Below are positions 53,074 to 53,319 of a DNA stretch of 53,319 nt, piece by piece; position 1 is the stretch's first letter, and each line of letters opens with the position of its first letter. Origin of the DNA: a virus (Duplodnaviria > Caudoviricetes). Below the pieces are notes generated by a model that was not told the origin of the DNA, ran no database searches, and saw only the letters and a program-made list of their open reading frames with translations. Both the position numbers and the translations under genes were made by a program. The stretch is from positions 1 to 53,319 of IMG/VR virus record IMGVR_UViG_3300013212_000038; one strand, written 5' to 3'.

Positions 53074-53319
53074 CCTGTTGCCCTGCCCGTTCTGCGGCGC
53101 ACAGCCCGAGGACGCCGACATCGGAGCCCATTCTGTGCAGTGCCCGTCATGCGCAGTCGAAGGCCCAGCCGGCTCCAACTATGACCGAGCTGGCGCAATC
53201 AAGGCTTGGAATGACCGCTCCCAAGCCCCAGCAGAGGGGGATGCGACTCGCCGCGGCCTTCTGCCGTGCCCATTCTGCGGCCGCCGGCCCGTCCTGACCG
53301 TGCGACCCGACAACGCCGA
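53063..53319 (+). CDS. Lar-family restriction alleviation protein (partial, tandem domains)
   Basis: MTADLLPCPFCG..VQCPSC..AIKAWNDR then a second LLPCPFCG; truncated by the window end. Confidence 0.8.
   Translation, partial: MTADLLPCPFCGAQPEDADIGAHSVQCPSCAVEGPAGSNYDRAGAIKAWNDRSQAPAEGDATRRGLLPCPFCGRRPVLTVRPDNA

Larger units (their letters stand above)
140..53319. mobile_element. Temperate podovirus-type prophage (right end and integrase outside the window)
   Basis: Lysis, ejection, tail, capsid, portal, terminase, replication, cI/cro and recombination modules in lambdoid order; no tape-measure or sheath gene seen. Left boundary is approximate. Confidence 0.93.

Overview
Nearly the whole window (about 140-53319) is a high-GC temperate podovirus-type prophage with lambdoid regulatory layout. 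It probably comes from a Betaproteobacteria (Burkholderiales-like) host; this is inferred from gene content. The first ~130 nt are an AT-richer 3' end of what looks like aconitase B, followed by its terminator. On the minus strand, read right to left, lie: cro/cII-like genes, replication initiator and partner, NinB and Ref-like nucleases, small late genes, TerS/TerL, portal, scaffold, N4-gp56-type major capsid, adaptor/nozzle/fibre genes, a GNAT, an HNH, ejection proteins, a 2963-aa polyvalent protein, a low-GC moron, two adhesin/glycosidase genes, a lysis cassette (holin-like genes, SAR lysozyme, embedded Rz/Rz1) and an acyltransferase-3. On the plus strand lie cI, an immunity-region lipoprotein, and the PL operon (putative SSAP, HNH, YqaJ exonuclease, KTSC, YfdP/YfdQ, Lar), cut off by the window end. 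No integrase, tRNA, rRNA or CRISPR array was seen. The most notable unexplained signal is a six-copy promoter-like element, CGCCCACAC-N19/20-[-10 hexamer], placed before late gene blocks in a phage with no recognisable Q, Ogr, Mor or sigma gene; at two sites it is coupled to hairpins that hide the start signals. Other highlights are an ADP-ribosyltransferase-like moron, two related structured RNA elements flanking the KTSC gene, and a fully antisense-overlapped gene in the cro-cII interval. All protein calls come from motif recognition by eye; no database search was run.
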